DNA from: a virus
Taxonomy: Duplodnaviria; Heunggongvirae; Uroviricota; Caudoviricetes
Strand: one strand, 5' to 3'
DNA: 64,000 nucleotides
IMG/VR virus record: IMGVR_UViG_3300021438_000001
Location: 39,453 to 103,452 of that record
Part shown: in pieces, positions 26,799-35,890 of the stretch
Numbering within the stretch: the first letter of the stretch is position 1
Layout: each line of letters opens with the position of its first letter
Made by a program: the position numbers and the translations under genes
Notes under the pieces: generated by a model
Database searches by the model: none
What the model was told of the DNA's origin: nothing
Seen by the model: only the letters and a program-made list of their open reading frames with translations

Positions 26799-26801
26799 GA
26801 T

Positions 26802-27014
26802 ATGGATCAAGGACTGATTAGAAGCCTTCTGGCAGCGAAACCCGAACACGAGCGCACGAGTTGCAGCGACGACCGTCCTGTGAACTGGTACACAACGCCA
26901 GGTAGAGGAGGGTATCCACGCTGCAATCGCTGCGCCTTGCTCAAGGCGATGGTGGATGAGGAGTTCTCGGCAACCCTGACTCTCGACTTCAACGTGACGA
27001 TGCCACCAGAATGA
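26802..27014 (+). CDS. hypothetical Cys-containing small protein
   Basis: 70-aa ORF. Confidence 0.3.
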   Translation: MDQGLIRSLLAAKPEHERTSCSDDRPVNWYTTPGRGGYPRCNRCALLKAMVDEEFSATLTLDFNVTMPPE

Positions 27015-27232
27015 GTCACGCAGTCCTCAAGCGCGTTGGCACGATCTTGTGCATCGTCGGCATGTTCCTGACGGCCTTCAACGTCTACCCCATCAACATC
27101 GTCTTCAGCGGCATCGGCTCGTCCATGTGGGCTGCTGTAGGCTTCGGCACCCGAGACAAGGACTTGTTCGTAGTGGAGATCACAGCAGTGGCGTTTGCGA
27201 TCAGTGGATTAGCGTGGTGGTTCTTCCGCTAA
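27011..27232 (+). CDS. small membrane protein (2-3 TM)
   Basis: ATGA-coupled; hydrophobic. Confidence 0.4.
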   Translation: MSHAVLKRVGTILCIVGMFLTAFNVYPINIVFSGIGSSMWAAVGFGTRDKDLFVVEITAVAFAISGLAWWFFR

Positions 27233-27259
27233 CGATTCGGCGAGTACAATAAGTCACCA

Positions 27260-27442
27260 GTGACAATGCAGGAGCCGACTTTGGACTTCGACCACGTAGA
27301 GATCAAGACCCACGCCCAAGCCGTCGCCGATAGAGGCGGCTTTTCCAGCGAGTGCCCATACGACCAGGGTATCGCCTATGACCTGTGGATGAACTACTTC
27401 TACAACCGAATCATGTGGCTGATGGGAGAGTCGTCGGAGTGA
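27260..27442 (+). CDS. hypothetical small protein
   Basis: ATG immediately after an ATAAGTCAccagTGACA box. Confidence 0.3.
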   Translation: MTMQEPTLDFDHVEIKTHAQAVADRGGFSSECPYDQGIAYDLWMNYFYNRIMWLMGESSE

Positions 27443-27527
27443 TGCAAGTCTCCTGCGGGAATGATTGTTTCCCCGTTGCTTGCATTGAATAATTACATCA
27501 GTCGCTTATGACTGAAAGGAAGTAGAA

Positions 27528-28049
27528 ATGAAGCTCACCAAGATTCACCGCCAGGCGTTCGTCCGTGCGGTTATGCAAGACGTTCCAACCGTCAACTTCG
27601 ATGACCAAATTCACAAGTTTGTGAAGGAGCGCGCCATCGAATACCTCCCACCCCAACTGCGTCCAGTTGCGCTCGACAAAGACCTGTCCGGCTTTCTGTC
27701 GATGGACACGATGTGGTTTGAGCAGCACCGTACTGGCGTCGGTGCCGTTCGTGTCTTCGCCGCTCGTAGCGGTGGCTTTCGTTTGAACGACAAAGATCAG
27801 GCGCACATCAGCAAGCTCATGAATGAAGCCGAGCGCCAGATCGAAGACCGCAAAAACCTTCAAGAGCGTATCGAAGGGGTCATCGCATCCTGCACCACGC
27901 TGCGCCAGGCGACCGAGCGTCTGCCTGAGTTCGTGAAGTACCTGCCAGCAGAGCAAGAGAAGACGAACAATCTGCCTGCAATCGCCAACATCGTGGCTGA
28001 CCTCGCAAAGCGTGGCTGGCCCAAGTCTGCAACTCCGGCGGCAGCATGA
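27528..28049 (+). CDS. hypothetical protein
   Basis: RBS GAAAGGAAG; 173 aa. Confidence 0.5.
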   Translation: MKLTKIHRQAFVRAVMQDVPTVNFDDQIHKFVKERAIEYLPPQLRPVALDKDLSGFLSMDTMWFEQHRTGVGAVRVFAARSGGFRLNDKDQAHISKLMNEAERQIEDRKNLQERIEGVIASCTTLRQATERLPEFVKYLPAEQEKTNNLPAIANIVADLAKRGWPKSATPAAA

Positions 28050-28441
28050 CACTCGAAGTCGTCCACACAACGCACAACTTCGCGCCCATTCCGGTGCGAG
28101 CTGGCGACACGTTGACCGTCCACTACACCGACAGTAATGGTGAGACGCAAAAAGTTGCCCAACACGACTTCACCGAGTCCATGACGATTGATCGCGCTGT
28201 GATTGCCAAGATCGAGAACGAGCATGGCTTCAAGAAGGCAATTGGTGCCTTTCTGGGCCAAACAGCAATCGTCAAAGGCGCTCGTGTTCGCGTGAAGATG
28301 ACAGCGGGCTTCCACAAGGGAGCTGTCGGCACTGTGGAGTTCGTTGAACCGGCATCAGGCAAAGTCTGGGTGATTCGTGATCACGCCGGTAGTGCCTTGT
28401 GGTGGCATGAAGATGAGCTTGAAGTGATTCAGGACGCTTGA
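28046..28441 (+). CDS. hypothetical protein
   Basis: ATGA-coupled; 131 aa. Confidence 0.45.
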   Translation: MTLEVVHTTHNFAPIPVRAGDTLTVHYTDSNGETQKVAQHDFTESMTIDRAVIAKIENEHGFKKAIGAFLGQTAIVKGARVRVKMTAGFHKGAVGTVEFVEPASGKVWVIRDHAGSALWWHEDELEVIQDA

Positions 28442-28532
28442 GCGTTCCTGTGCAAGTCCCCTGTGTTTTCAGTTGAGTGTCCTGTACTGACACTCGAAAA
28501 TTCAATTATCGACAAACAACCAAAGGAGTTAT

Positions 28533-29453
28533 ATGAGCCACTTCACCGTTATGGTCATCGGCGAGAACCACGAAAAGCAACTCGCCCCGTTCCATGAGTT
28601 CGAATGTACCGGCAACAACGACGAGTACGTTCAGGATGAGGATGTCACGGAAGAGATTCAAGCGCGTATTGACGACAAAGAAGACCCCGAGTCCATCGAA
28701 GAAGCTCTTGGCTACTACGGTCTGGAAGACAAGATCGTGGATGACGAGTCCAAGGTCGAGAAAGTCGGCGACGAGTGCGTCCACAAGTACGGTTACGCCA
28801 TCGTCAAGGACGGCAAGCTGATCAAGGCGGTGAACCGCACCAACCCGAACCGTAAGTGGGACTGGTGGCAGATGGGTGGTCGCTGGTCTGGCTTCCTCAA
28901 GCTGAAAGAGGGCGCTGAAGGCGAATGCGGTCAACGCTCGTGGATGAACCGTGGTGAGCCGCAAGATGCCGGCTTCTGCGACAGCGCACTGAAGGGCGCT
29001 ATCGACTTCGAAGGAATGCGCAACGATGCCGGCGAACGCGCTGGTGATCAGTGGGACAAGGTTCACGAAATCTTGGCTGACCGCAGCTTCCGCACTTGGG
29101 ACCAAGTGAAAGAAGACTGCACTGTCGATGGCAGTACCGACTTCGACAAGGCTCGCCAGGTCTACAACGCGCAACCTCCTGTCGCTGACTTCCGCAAGGG
29201 CGACTTCGGCTTCTTCAGCTCACCGGACGAATACCTCATCACCCGCGATCAGTACGTCGCCAACGCTCGTGCAAGCGCCATCAGCACCTACGCAGTCCTC
29301 AAAGACGGCGAGTGGTACGAGAAGGGCGAAATGGGCTGGTTTGGCATGTCGTCCGACAAAATGACCGACCAAGAGTGGGCGATCAAAGTTGGCGAGCTGC
29401 TCGACGGCCTGAGCGACGACACGCGCATCACCGTGGTGGATTGCCATATCTAA
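28533..29453 (+). CDS. hypothetical protein with WDWWQMGGRW motif
   Basis: RBS AAAGGAG; acidic N-terminal region. Confidence 0.5.
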   Translation: MSHFTVMVIGENHEKQLAPFHEFECTGNNDEYVQDEDVTEEIQARIDDKEDPESIEEALGYYGLEDKIVDDESKVEKVGDECVHKYGYAIVKDGKLIKAVNRTNPNRKWDWWQMGGRWSGFLKLKEGAEGECGQRSWMNRGEPQDAGFCDSALKGAIDFEGMRNDAGERAGDQWDKVHEILADRSFRTWDQVKEDCTVDGSTDFDKARQVYNAQPPVADFRKGDFGFFSSPDEYLITRDQYVANARASAISTYAVLKDGEWYEKGEMGWFGMSSDKMTDQEWAIKVGELLDGLSDDTRITVVDCHI

Positions 29454-29485
29454 GCACATCAGTCATTACTGACAGAAAGGAACGT

Positions 29486-29794
29486 ATGCCATCAGTTTCA
29501 ACCTCCAGAGCTGCATTGCACTCAGTCAGCACGCCACACCTTGAGTTGGAAGTGCTTCGGGTCATCGAGAGCTTCGGCGCTCGTGGCTGTATCTCAGACG
29601 AAGTGCGGGAGCAGTTCCCCAACCTCGCGTACTCGTCCGTGACGGCGCGCTATGCAGCTTTGGAGAAGAAGAAGCTGATCGTGCGTTCCGGTCGTCGCCC
29701 TGGCGACTCTGGTCGCCAGCAAGCAGTGATGTTCGCCGCGACTGTCGCGCCAGCGACCGCCTTCACTGCGTCCGCCGTGCCGGAGGTCGCATGA
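29486..29794 (+). CDS. winged-helix DNA-binding protein (MarR-like fold)
   Basis: LEVLRVIESFGARGCISDEVREQFPNLAYSSVTARYAALEKKKLIVRSG; RBS AAAGGAA; track start at 29312 over-extended. Confidence 0.45.
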   Translation: MPSVSTSRAALHSVSTPHLELEVLRVIESFGARGCISDEVREQFPNLAYSSVTARYAALEKKKLIVRSGRRPGDSGRQQAVMFAATVAPATAFTASAVPEVA

Positions 29795-29940
29795 AGGGTG
29801 CGATTTTGTTCCAGGGCATCTACCTGATGCCTGGATCACAAGCTCACAAGCTCCACACCGAGAAGAAGTGGGCCGAACTCACTGCTCACATGAAGGAGCT
29901 GGATGACAAGAAAAAGAAGTTGGAAGGAACAACGAAATGA
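29791..29940 (+). CDS. hypothetical 49-aa protein
   Basis: ATGA-coupled on both sides. Confidence 0.25.
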   Translation: MKGAILFQGIYLMPGSQAHKLHTEKKWAELTAHMKELDDKKKKLEGTTK

Positions 29941-31094
29941 GTACCTTTGCCTGTCCAGTGGTTCGCATCAAGATCGAGCCGCATCCGAACGCTGACGCCA
30001 TCGAGATCGCTCGTGTCGGCGACTACCAGTCCATCGTCAAGAAGGGCCAATTCAACGAAGGCGACCTGGCGGTCTACATCCCCGAGCAAGCGGTGCTGCC
30101 GCAGTGGTTGCTGGAGCTGATGGGTTTCTGGGACGCGATCAAGGTCAAAGGCAGCCTCTCTGGTTCGCTCGGCAATCGTGTCAAGGCGATCAAGCTGCGC
30201 CAAGTGCTGTCGCAGGGCCTGATTCTCGGCATCGAGGTCGCTGAAGACCGTATCGGCAACCCGCTGCGCCAGCTCCAAGAGGGTGAGGACGTGTCTTCGT
30301 ACCTTGAGATCGTCAAGTACGAGCCTCCCATCCCCTCGCACATGGCTGGTCGCATCGTTGGCGTCGATCTGGCTGCCACCCTGAACTACGACTTTGAGAA
30401 CCTGAAGAAGAACCCCGAACTGTTCGAGGACGGCGAGGAGGTTGTCATCACGGAGAAGATTCACGGCACCTTCATGCAAATCGGCGTCGTGCCTTCGGAG
30501 ATGGCGAACGAACGCTACTACAAGGGTCGCGTCATCGTGTCCAGCAAGGGTATGGGTGCGAAGGGCTACATCCTCGACCACACCGACGAGACGAACCTCT
30601 ACGTCCAAACAGCCAAGAAGTACGGTCTATTGGACTCGACGCTCGAATACTTCGGTGACGCTGCCGACGATGTGGGCAAGCCTTACTTCATCTGCGGCGA
30701 AGTGTTCGGCAAGACACCTGAAGGCAAGGGTGTTCAGGATTTGGTCTACAACGGCGAGGTCTTGGGCTTTCGCATGTTCGACGTGTGCTGTGGCACTCGC
30801 GGTCAGCAGGAGTTCTTCGACTTCGAGTCCTTCTGCGATGCCGCCATGTCGCTGAATGCTCCGATTGCGCCGGTTCTCTATGTTGGGCCGTACAGCAAAG
30901 AGGTCGTCCTTCACCACACAGATGGCAACACTGTGGTGCAGCCAGAGGTCACGCGCAACTACATCGCGCAGATTCGTGAAGGCGTCGTTGTGAAGTCGAT
31001 TAGCGAGCTTCCTCACAAGCGTTACGGTCGCAAGATCGCTAAGAGCGTGAGCGAAGCGTACCTCCTGCGCAAGAACGCCACTGAGTTCAACTGA
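29937..31094 (+). CDS. RNA ligase-family nucleotidyltransferase fused to an N-terminal tRNA-binding (Myf/EMAP-like OB) domain
   Basis: N-terminus VVRIKIEPHPNADAIEIARVGDYQSIVKKGQFNEGDLAVYIPEQAVLP matches the PheT/CsaA tRNA_bind pattern (hPNADkL...Vd.G...iV.GA.N). Covalent nucleotidyltransferase motif I is present as TEKIHGT (KxHG). Confidence 0.55.
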   Translation: MSTFACPVVRIKIEPHPNADAIEIARVGDYQSIVKKGQFNEGDLAVYIPEQAVLPQWLLELMGFWDAIKVKGSLSGSLGNRVKAIKLRQVLSQGLILGIEVAEDRIGNPLRQLQEGEDVSSYLEIVKYEPPIPSHMAGRIVGVDLAATLNYDFENLKKNPELFEDGEEVVITEKIHGTFMQIGVVPSEMANERYYKGRVIVSSKGMGAKGYILDHTDETNLYVQTAKKYGLLDSTLEYFGDAADDVGKPYFICGEVFGKTPEGKGVQDLVYNGEVLGFRMFDVCCGTRGQQEFFDFESFCDAAMSLNAPIAPVLYVGPYSKEVVLHHTDGNTVVQPEVTRNYIAQIREGVVVKSISELPHKRYGRKIAKSVSEAYLLRKNATEFN

Positions 31095-31270
31095 TGTTGC
31101 CTGAAGGATTCACTTGCGAGTGCGGCACTAAGCACGAGTTCTCGTCCTATGTGTACGCACATTGGGACGTTCCGCTGGTTCACACCTGCCCTGAGTGCGG
31201 TCGCAAGCATGACGTGTTCAGAGGCAAAGCCACGCTGTCCGGCTCTGAGGACGGAAAGAAAGGAGATTGA
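31094..31270 (+). CDS. zinc-ribbon protein (58 aa)
   Basis: CECG...CPECGRKHD; TGATG coupling; not in the track. Confidence 0.3.
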   Translation: MLPEGFTCECGTKHEFSSYVYAHWDVPLVHTCPECGRKHDVFRGKATLSGSEDGKKGD

Positions 31271-31432
31271 ATGTTGAACTTCTTCGCCAAGCGGCGATTC
31301 AACTATATCGACGTGATGACAATGAGCCTGGCTTCAGGCTTCTTCTCGCAAGGTCATTGGAGTCAAGGCATCGCCGTGATGATCGTCGGCTTCCTGTTCT
31401 CGCTCAAATGCGAAGACTGGAGTGCCAAATGA
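31271..31432 (+). CDS. small membrane protein (53 aa)
   Basis: AAGGAG RBS 5 nt upstream of the ATG; the track instead shows a TTG-started frame-1 ORF at 31267. Confidence 0.4.
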   Translation: MLNFFAKRRFNYIDVMTMSLASGFFSQGHWSQGIAVMIVGFLFSLKCEDWSAK

Positions 31433-31629
31433 TTGCTCGTGTCCTGCTTGGTCTGGGCCTGCCTCTGTTCGCTCTGTGGCTGTGGATCATCTACCGCACC
31501 TACACCAACCCAACACAGACGCTGGAGGCTGCACCCAAGGTCGGCCGCTGGTTCCTGTTCACCGTCATTGCCGTGCTTCTGACCGTCGCGGTACTTGGCT
31601 TCCTCTATACGGTCGAGCATCAAATCTAA
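31429..31629 (+). CDS. small membrane protein (66 aa, 2 TM)
   Basis: ATGA-coupled; MIARVLLGLGLPLFALWLWIIY... Confidence 0.4.
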   Translation: MIARVLLGLGLPLFALWLWIIYRTYTNPTQTLEAAPKVGRWFLFTVIAVLLTVAVLGFLYTVEHQI

Positions 31630-31639
31630 GGAGAGTCCA

Positions 31640-32422
31640 ATGAAACGAATTTGGATGTTTGTCGCAATTGCCTGCATGACGCTGCTGACCGCCTGCGGTC
31701 GCATCGAGACTGGAAACGTCGGTATCCGTACCGACTTCAATGGCGAGGTGAACTCGAAGGTGGAGGGGTCTGGCTTCTACACCGCCGTGTTCGGTCACGT
31801 CGATGAGTACTCGGCGAAAGAGATTCCAGTGATCCTCAATGACATGAAGCCCAAAGCGCATGACAACCTGTCGCTGGCAGAGCTGGACATGACGGTCTAC
31901 TACACCGTCGAGCCACAGCAAGTCCGCAACCTCGTGGTCAAGCGAACCGGCAGCTCTTCCAACAACGGTCACGGCCTTTGGTTTCCCGCCTACAACCTTG
32001 TCAGAGGCATCTCCGAGAGTGAGATCGCAGATGCTGTTTCGACAATGGACAGCCTGGTCGTCCACACACAGCGCGACAAGCTGGCGAATCTGGCTCAGGC
32101 GTCGATTCAGAAGAAGCTGGACTCGTCTGACCCTGGCGTCTTCAAGATCACTCGGGTCGTCGTTCGCCAAGTCAAGACGGACGAAACCATCGAGCAATCC
32201 ATTCGCAATGTCGTGGCGAAAGAAAAAGAGCTTGAGGCTGCGAAGCTGAACGTGGCGGTCGCCGAAGCTAACGCTCGTGCCACCCAACAAACGGCTCAGA
32301 CCCTGACACCTGCGTTCCTCCAGCACGAGTACAACCAAGTCCTCATGAAGTTTGCGGAGAAGGGCGGCACCGTGATTCTCGATGGGTCGTCGTCAGGGAA
32401 GATGCTCAATATCCAGCGATAA
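31640..32422 (+). CDS. SPFH/band-7-like lipoprotein
   Basis: Lipobox LLTAC; GNVGIRTDFNGEV...LSLAELDMTVYYTV resembles the SPFH core; AAGGAG RBS. Confidence 0.5.
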   Translation: MKRIWMFVAIACMTLLTACGRIETGNVGIRTDFNGEVNSKVEGSGFYTAVFGHVDEYSAKEIPVILNDMKPKAHDNLSLAELDMTVYYTVEPQQVRNLVVKRTGSSSNNGHGLWFPAYNLVRGISESEIADAVSTMDSLVVHTQRDKLANLAQASIQKKLDSSDPGVFKITRVVVRQVKTDETIEQSIRNVVAKEKELEAAKLNVAVAEANARATQQTAQTLTPAFLQHEYNQVLMKFAEKGGTVILDGSSSGKMLNIQR

Positions 32423-32514
32423 CGCTTGAAGTCCCTGGACTGAGTTCTTACCATTGCAGTCAGTCAGTAATGAACTACTGGCAGACTGCAAGAGCAAGCA
32501 CTAAGGAGTTTTTC

Positions 32515-32721
32515 ATGCCCGATATAAGCATGTGCCACGACAAGACCTGCACTAAGCGCAAGGACTGCTATCGCTACCGCGCTCAGGCAAACCCATACCG
32601 ACAGTCGTATTTCGTGGGTTCGCCCAAGAACGAAGACGGCAGTTGTGACCACCACTGGCCGGTGGAAGCCGGCGACCGATTGACACCTCTGGAGGAACTT
32701 GATGCGCGTAGTTGGACTTGA
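32515..32721 (+). CDS. Cys/His-rich small protein
   Basis: MPDISMCHDKTCTKRKDCYRY...; AAGGAG RBS. Confidence 0.4.
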   Translation: MPDISMCHDKTCTKRKDCYRYRAQANPYRQSYFVGSPKNEDGSCDHHWPVEAGDRLTPLEELDARSWT

Positions 32722-33238
32722 CCTTGAAACAACCGGACTCGAAGTGGAGAAGGGCCATCGCATCTGCGAAGCCGCTCTGCTGACCTACGAGGACGGCAAG
32801 CTGGTGGAACGATGGGTTCACCGCTTCAACCCCGAGCGACCCGTTGATCCAGACGCCTCTCGCGTTCACGGCATCTACTTCGAGGACGTAGCTGAGTGCC
32901 CTAAGTTCAGCGAGTACGCCAGTGAGGTTCGCCAGCGTCTTGAACAGGCTGACGTTGTGGTGATCCACAACGCCCAGTTCGACGCGCCCTTTGTCGGCAC
33001 TGAGCTGATGATGGCTGGAGAAACGCTCCCTGAAATGAACATCTTCTGCACATTGGAGAACGGTCGATGGGCTACACCGAACGGCAAGGCACCCAAATTG
33101 GGCGAACTGTGCTTCGCGCTTGGAATCCCCTACGACGAGACATCCGCTCACTCTGCCGATTACGACACTGAAGTGATGATGAATTGCTTCTTCCAAGGTT
33201 TGAAGCGCGGCTTCTTCGCACCGAAAGGACTGCAATGA
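32702..33238 (+). CDS. DnaQ-like DEDDh 3'-5' exonuclease (probable proofreading subunit)
   Basis: Exo I GLDLETTGL, Exo II HNAQFDAPF, Exo III HSADYD; GGAGGAA RBS. Confidence 0.75.
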   Translation: MRVVGLDLETTGLEVEKGHRICEAALLTYEDGKLVERWVHRFNPERPVDPDASRVHGIYFEDVAECPKFSEYASEVRQRLEQADVVVIHNAQFDAPFVGTELMMAGETLPEMNIFCTLENGRWATPNGKAPKLGELCFALGIPYDETSAHSADYDTEVMMNCFFQGLKRGFFAPKGLQ

Positions 33239-33378
33239 TTCGCGCACTTGCATGGATTGGTGGGTTGACGCTCGCCTTCTGGATTGCCGGCATGTTCGGC
33301 TGGATGGACTACAAGGTCTGTGTGTCTGCGCCTGGCGAATGCGCCATCTACATCAAAGGCGAAAGGGTTGATCAGTGA
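33235..33378 (+). CDS. small membrane protein (47 aa)
   Basis: ATGA-coupled. Confidence 0.25.
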   Translation: MIRALAWIGGLTLAFWIAGMFGWMDYKVCVSAPGECAIYIKGERVDQ

Positions 33379-33746
33379 CTGCCGGTCTATACATCCCAGG
33401 ACTCGATTGGCCTGACGACACGCTCGAAGTCGAGTGCGTTGGCTTCAGCGAAGGGATTCTCTACAACCTGATCGTCGCCATCGACCATGATCGAGTGGAG
33501 GTCGTCAGCAATAGCGAGAACGGCTGGAGTCGAGAGTGGACGTTCGACTATCTCGGCTTTCGATACAGGCTAGAGGCTGAGATCAAAGAGGACGCCTCTG
33601 GCATCTTGCACATCGCTCCGTATCGCATGACCAAGATCGCCAAGATGGGCGTCGATGATGATGGGGAACCAGTTGTGGTGGAGAGCTACCCGCTCACCAA
33701 AGCAATCATGAAGCATAAGTATGAAGGCACATGGGGTAGTTTCTAA
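33375..33746 (+). CDS. hypothetical protein
   Basis: GTGA-coupled GTG start; 123 aa. Confidence 0.35.
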   Translation: MTAGLYIPGLDWPDDTLEVECVGFSEGILYNLIVAIDHDRVEVVSNSENGWSREWTFDYLGFRYRLEAEIKEDASGILHIAPYRMTKIAKMGVDDDGEPVVVESYPLTKAIMKHKYEGTWGSF

Positions 33747-34300
33747 TGGCAACTTTTTTCACATCTGACACCCACTTCGGTCACGAAGGCATCATCAAGC
33801 ACTCCAGCCGTAAGTTCGCTGATTCGTTTGAAATGGACGGCGAGCTGGTTCGACGCTGGAACAGCGTGGTTCGCCCTGACGATACCGTCTATCACTTGGG
33901 CGACCTGTCGTTCAAGGGCTTGGCGTACACGATGCACATCCTTGAATCGCTCAATGGACGCATTCACTGGGTCTTGGGCAACCATGACAAGGCGCTGAAA
34001 AGCAAGTCGCCGATGGTGTCGCGCATGGAGTCCATCCAGTCGTTGCTGGAGGTCAACATCGACGGCCAACACATCGTCATGTGCCATTTCCCGATGCTGA
34101 CGTGGAACAAGGCGCACTACGGCTCTTGGATGCTGCACGGTCACTCGCACGGCACTCTGAAGCACCCCTACGAAGGTATGCGACTGCTGGATGTCGGCGT
34201 CGATACCAACAATCTCACCCCCTATTCACTCGATGAAGTCAGGGAATACATGCAGGGTCGAAGCCACACGGCTGTAGACCACCACACTACAAAGGAGTGA
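33746..34300 (+). CDS. calcineurin-like metallophosphoesterase
   Basis: Motifs SDTHFGH, HLGDL, GNHD, MCHFP. Confidence 0.65.
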   Translation: MATFFTSDTHFGHEGIIKHSSRKFADSFEMDGELVRRWNSVVRPDDTVYHLGDLSFKGLAYTMHILESLNGRIHWVLGNHDKALKSKSPMVSRMESIQSLLEVNIDGQHIVMCHFPMLTWNKAHYGSWMLHGHSHGTLKHPYEGMRLLDVGVDTNNLTPYSLDEVREYMQGRSHTAVDHHTTKE

Positions 34301-34301
34301 T

Positions 34302-34607
34302 ATGGCAACAGGAGACTACAAAATCCCGTTTGACAGCGCCGGCAACCAGTTGGACTACGCAGGTTATGGCTGCGCGGAGATGCGGGAGAATTTCGAGTTC
34401 AACGACACCCTGACGTTCCAGTCATACGGCAGAGGTCGCTCGTCCGTGACCTTCACGATGAAGCGATTTGGCACCAACACCAATGTGTCCATGTTCGTCT
34501 CGGACTTCTCCGACATCGTGAACAAGATGAACCACGGCGCGATCACTGGAACCTTCACGTTCGTCAAGAAGGGCCAAAACTACGGATGCAAGCTGGTGGC
34601 GTCATGA
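34302..34607 (+). CDS. hypothetical protein
   Basis: RBS AAAGGAG. Confidence 0.45.
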   Translation: MATGDYKIPFDSAGNQLDYAGYGCAEMRENFEFNDTLTFQSYGRGRSSVTFTMKRFGTNTNVSMFVSDFSDIVNKMNHGAITGTFTFVKKGQNYGCKLVAS

Positions 34608-34662
34608 CGATCAGAAGCCGCCACATCAACGAGGTCGATCATCACACTACTAAGGAGAACCC

Positions 34663-35067
34663 ATGATCAAACGCTTCAAATACGTCTTCGCTCCAACATG
34701 GCTGCCTGAGCCTCGCAACCTGCGACTGGGTGAGCGCAATCCCAACTACCTGAAGTCGCTGGCGGCAGGCGTGATCTCGCCGTTCTTCCATCTGCCCTGG
34801 ATCATCTTCTACACGTTCCTGCAACCGCTGTTCGAGGCGCTGTTCAAGACCGTCCTGTTCTTCATCGTGTCGATTTGGTTCGGCATCACTGGTCGAGCAG
34901 CCGGCGTGCGCCTGGTGGACGTGCAGGTTGAGCAACCAAGCGAAGAAGAAGTCCAGGCGTACATCAAGTCGATCTTCGAGGGTACTGGCGTGAGTCCAGA
35001 GGTGTTCGACAGCACTCATCGGAAGGTTGCAGAAGACGACACTAAGCGATCAGTCACGCCTGAATAA
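34663..35067 (+). CDS. membrane protein, hypothetical
   Basis: RBS AAGGAGAAC; 2 TM. Confidence 0.45.
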   Translation: MIKRFKYVFAPTWLPEPRNLRLGERNPNYLKSLAAGVISPFFHLPWIIFYTFLQPLFEALFKTVLFFIVSIWFGITGRAAGVRLVDVQVEQPSEEEVQAYIKSIFEGTGVSPEVFDSTHRKVAEDDTKRSVTPE

Positions 35068-35221
35068 TCAGACGCGCTAGAACGCGCTCAGAGCGCGCCA
35101 TTAGGTTTCAGCTATCGGTTTTGACGTAGCACTTAATGGCGCGTTTTTACGTCTAGGGAATCTCTCAGGATGGTATTGCAACCCCTGTATTCGGTTTCTA
35201 AGATTAAGTCATCAGCAAGTT

Positions 35222-35602
35222 ATGAAAGGCAGTTATGCAATGTCAAAGATGCGGAAAATCAATACTGGGGTTGTCTCATTTGGGGTTCATGCCAGACATC
35301 CAGTGGTTTCACTTGTGCGCGCCGCCCTCACCAGCGAACGACGAGAAGTGGAGCCAGAAGTGAAGGCGCATCCAGTACCGAAAGTCGGCGATACGGTTGT
35401 CCTCAATGACGAGGGCTTGGAGCAGGTGTACGGCCGTAAGGCTGGTCTGAACCACATGAAAACCCTGCGCATGAAGATCACGCATGTGGATGCGGAGTCG
35501 CTCACGTTCCCCGAGCCAACCTATCCGGTGGAAGTGGACAACCCCGAGATCAACATCTTCCTGATCGACCACAACTGTTTCGACATTGTGGAGCGAGCAT
35601 GA
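35222..35602 (+). CDS. hypothetical protein
   Basis: Alternative start at 35240 has a better RBS (GAAAGG). Confidence 0.4.
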   Translation: MKGSYAMSKMRKINTGVVSFGVHARHPVVSLVRAALTSERREVEPEVKAHPVPKVGDTVVLNDEGLEQVYGRKAGLNHMKTLRMKITHVDAESLTFPEPTYPVEVDNPEINIFLIDHNCFDIVERA

Positions 35603-35760
35603 GCCAAGAAGAACTGATCGCCTTCCTGCGTGAGAACTTGAGGCTGGATGTGAAAACCACCAGCGAATACACAGGCGGTATGGAAGGCCCGCTCTATGTT
35701 GATCGCCACACCGTTCAGCTCTTGCTGGACGATGAAGTTATCTCGGAGGTGTCGTTGTGA
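35599..35760 (+). CDS. hypothetical 53-aa protein
   Basis: ATGA-coupled. Confidence 0.3.
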   Translation: MSQEELIAFLRENLRLDVKTTSEYTGGMEGPLYVDRHTVQLLLDDEVISEVSL

Positions 35761-35890
35761 AGCGCAAGAAGAAAAAGGCACCCAAGCAGCGGAACCCAGT
35801 GGTACGTGAAATGGTACGCAATCCAAATCGCAGCGCCGGCCGTCACAAAGCCAAGAAGCAAACCAAGCGCGATGACAGGAGGTTAGAGGA

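Noticed and set aside
31267-31629. Track ORF starting at TTG 31267 (120 aa)
   Set aside because: Its N-terminal half is an alternative frame of the 31271..31432 gene, which has a perfect AAGGAG-N5-ATG. Only the C-terminal 66 aa (from ATG 31429) is kept as a separate membrane ORF.
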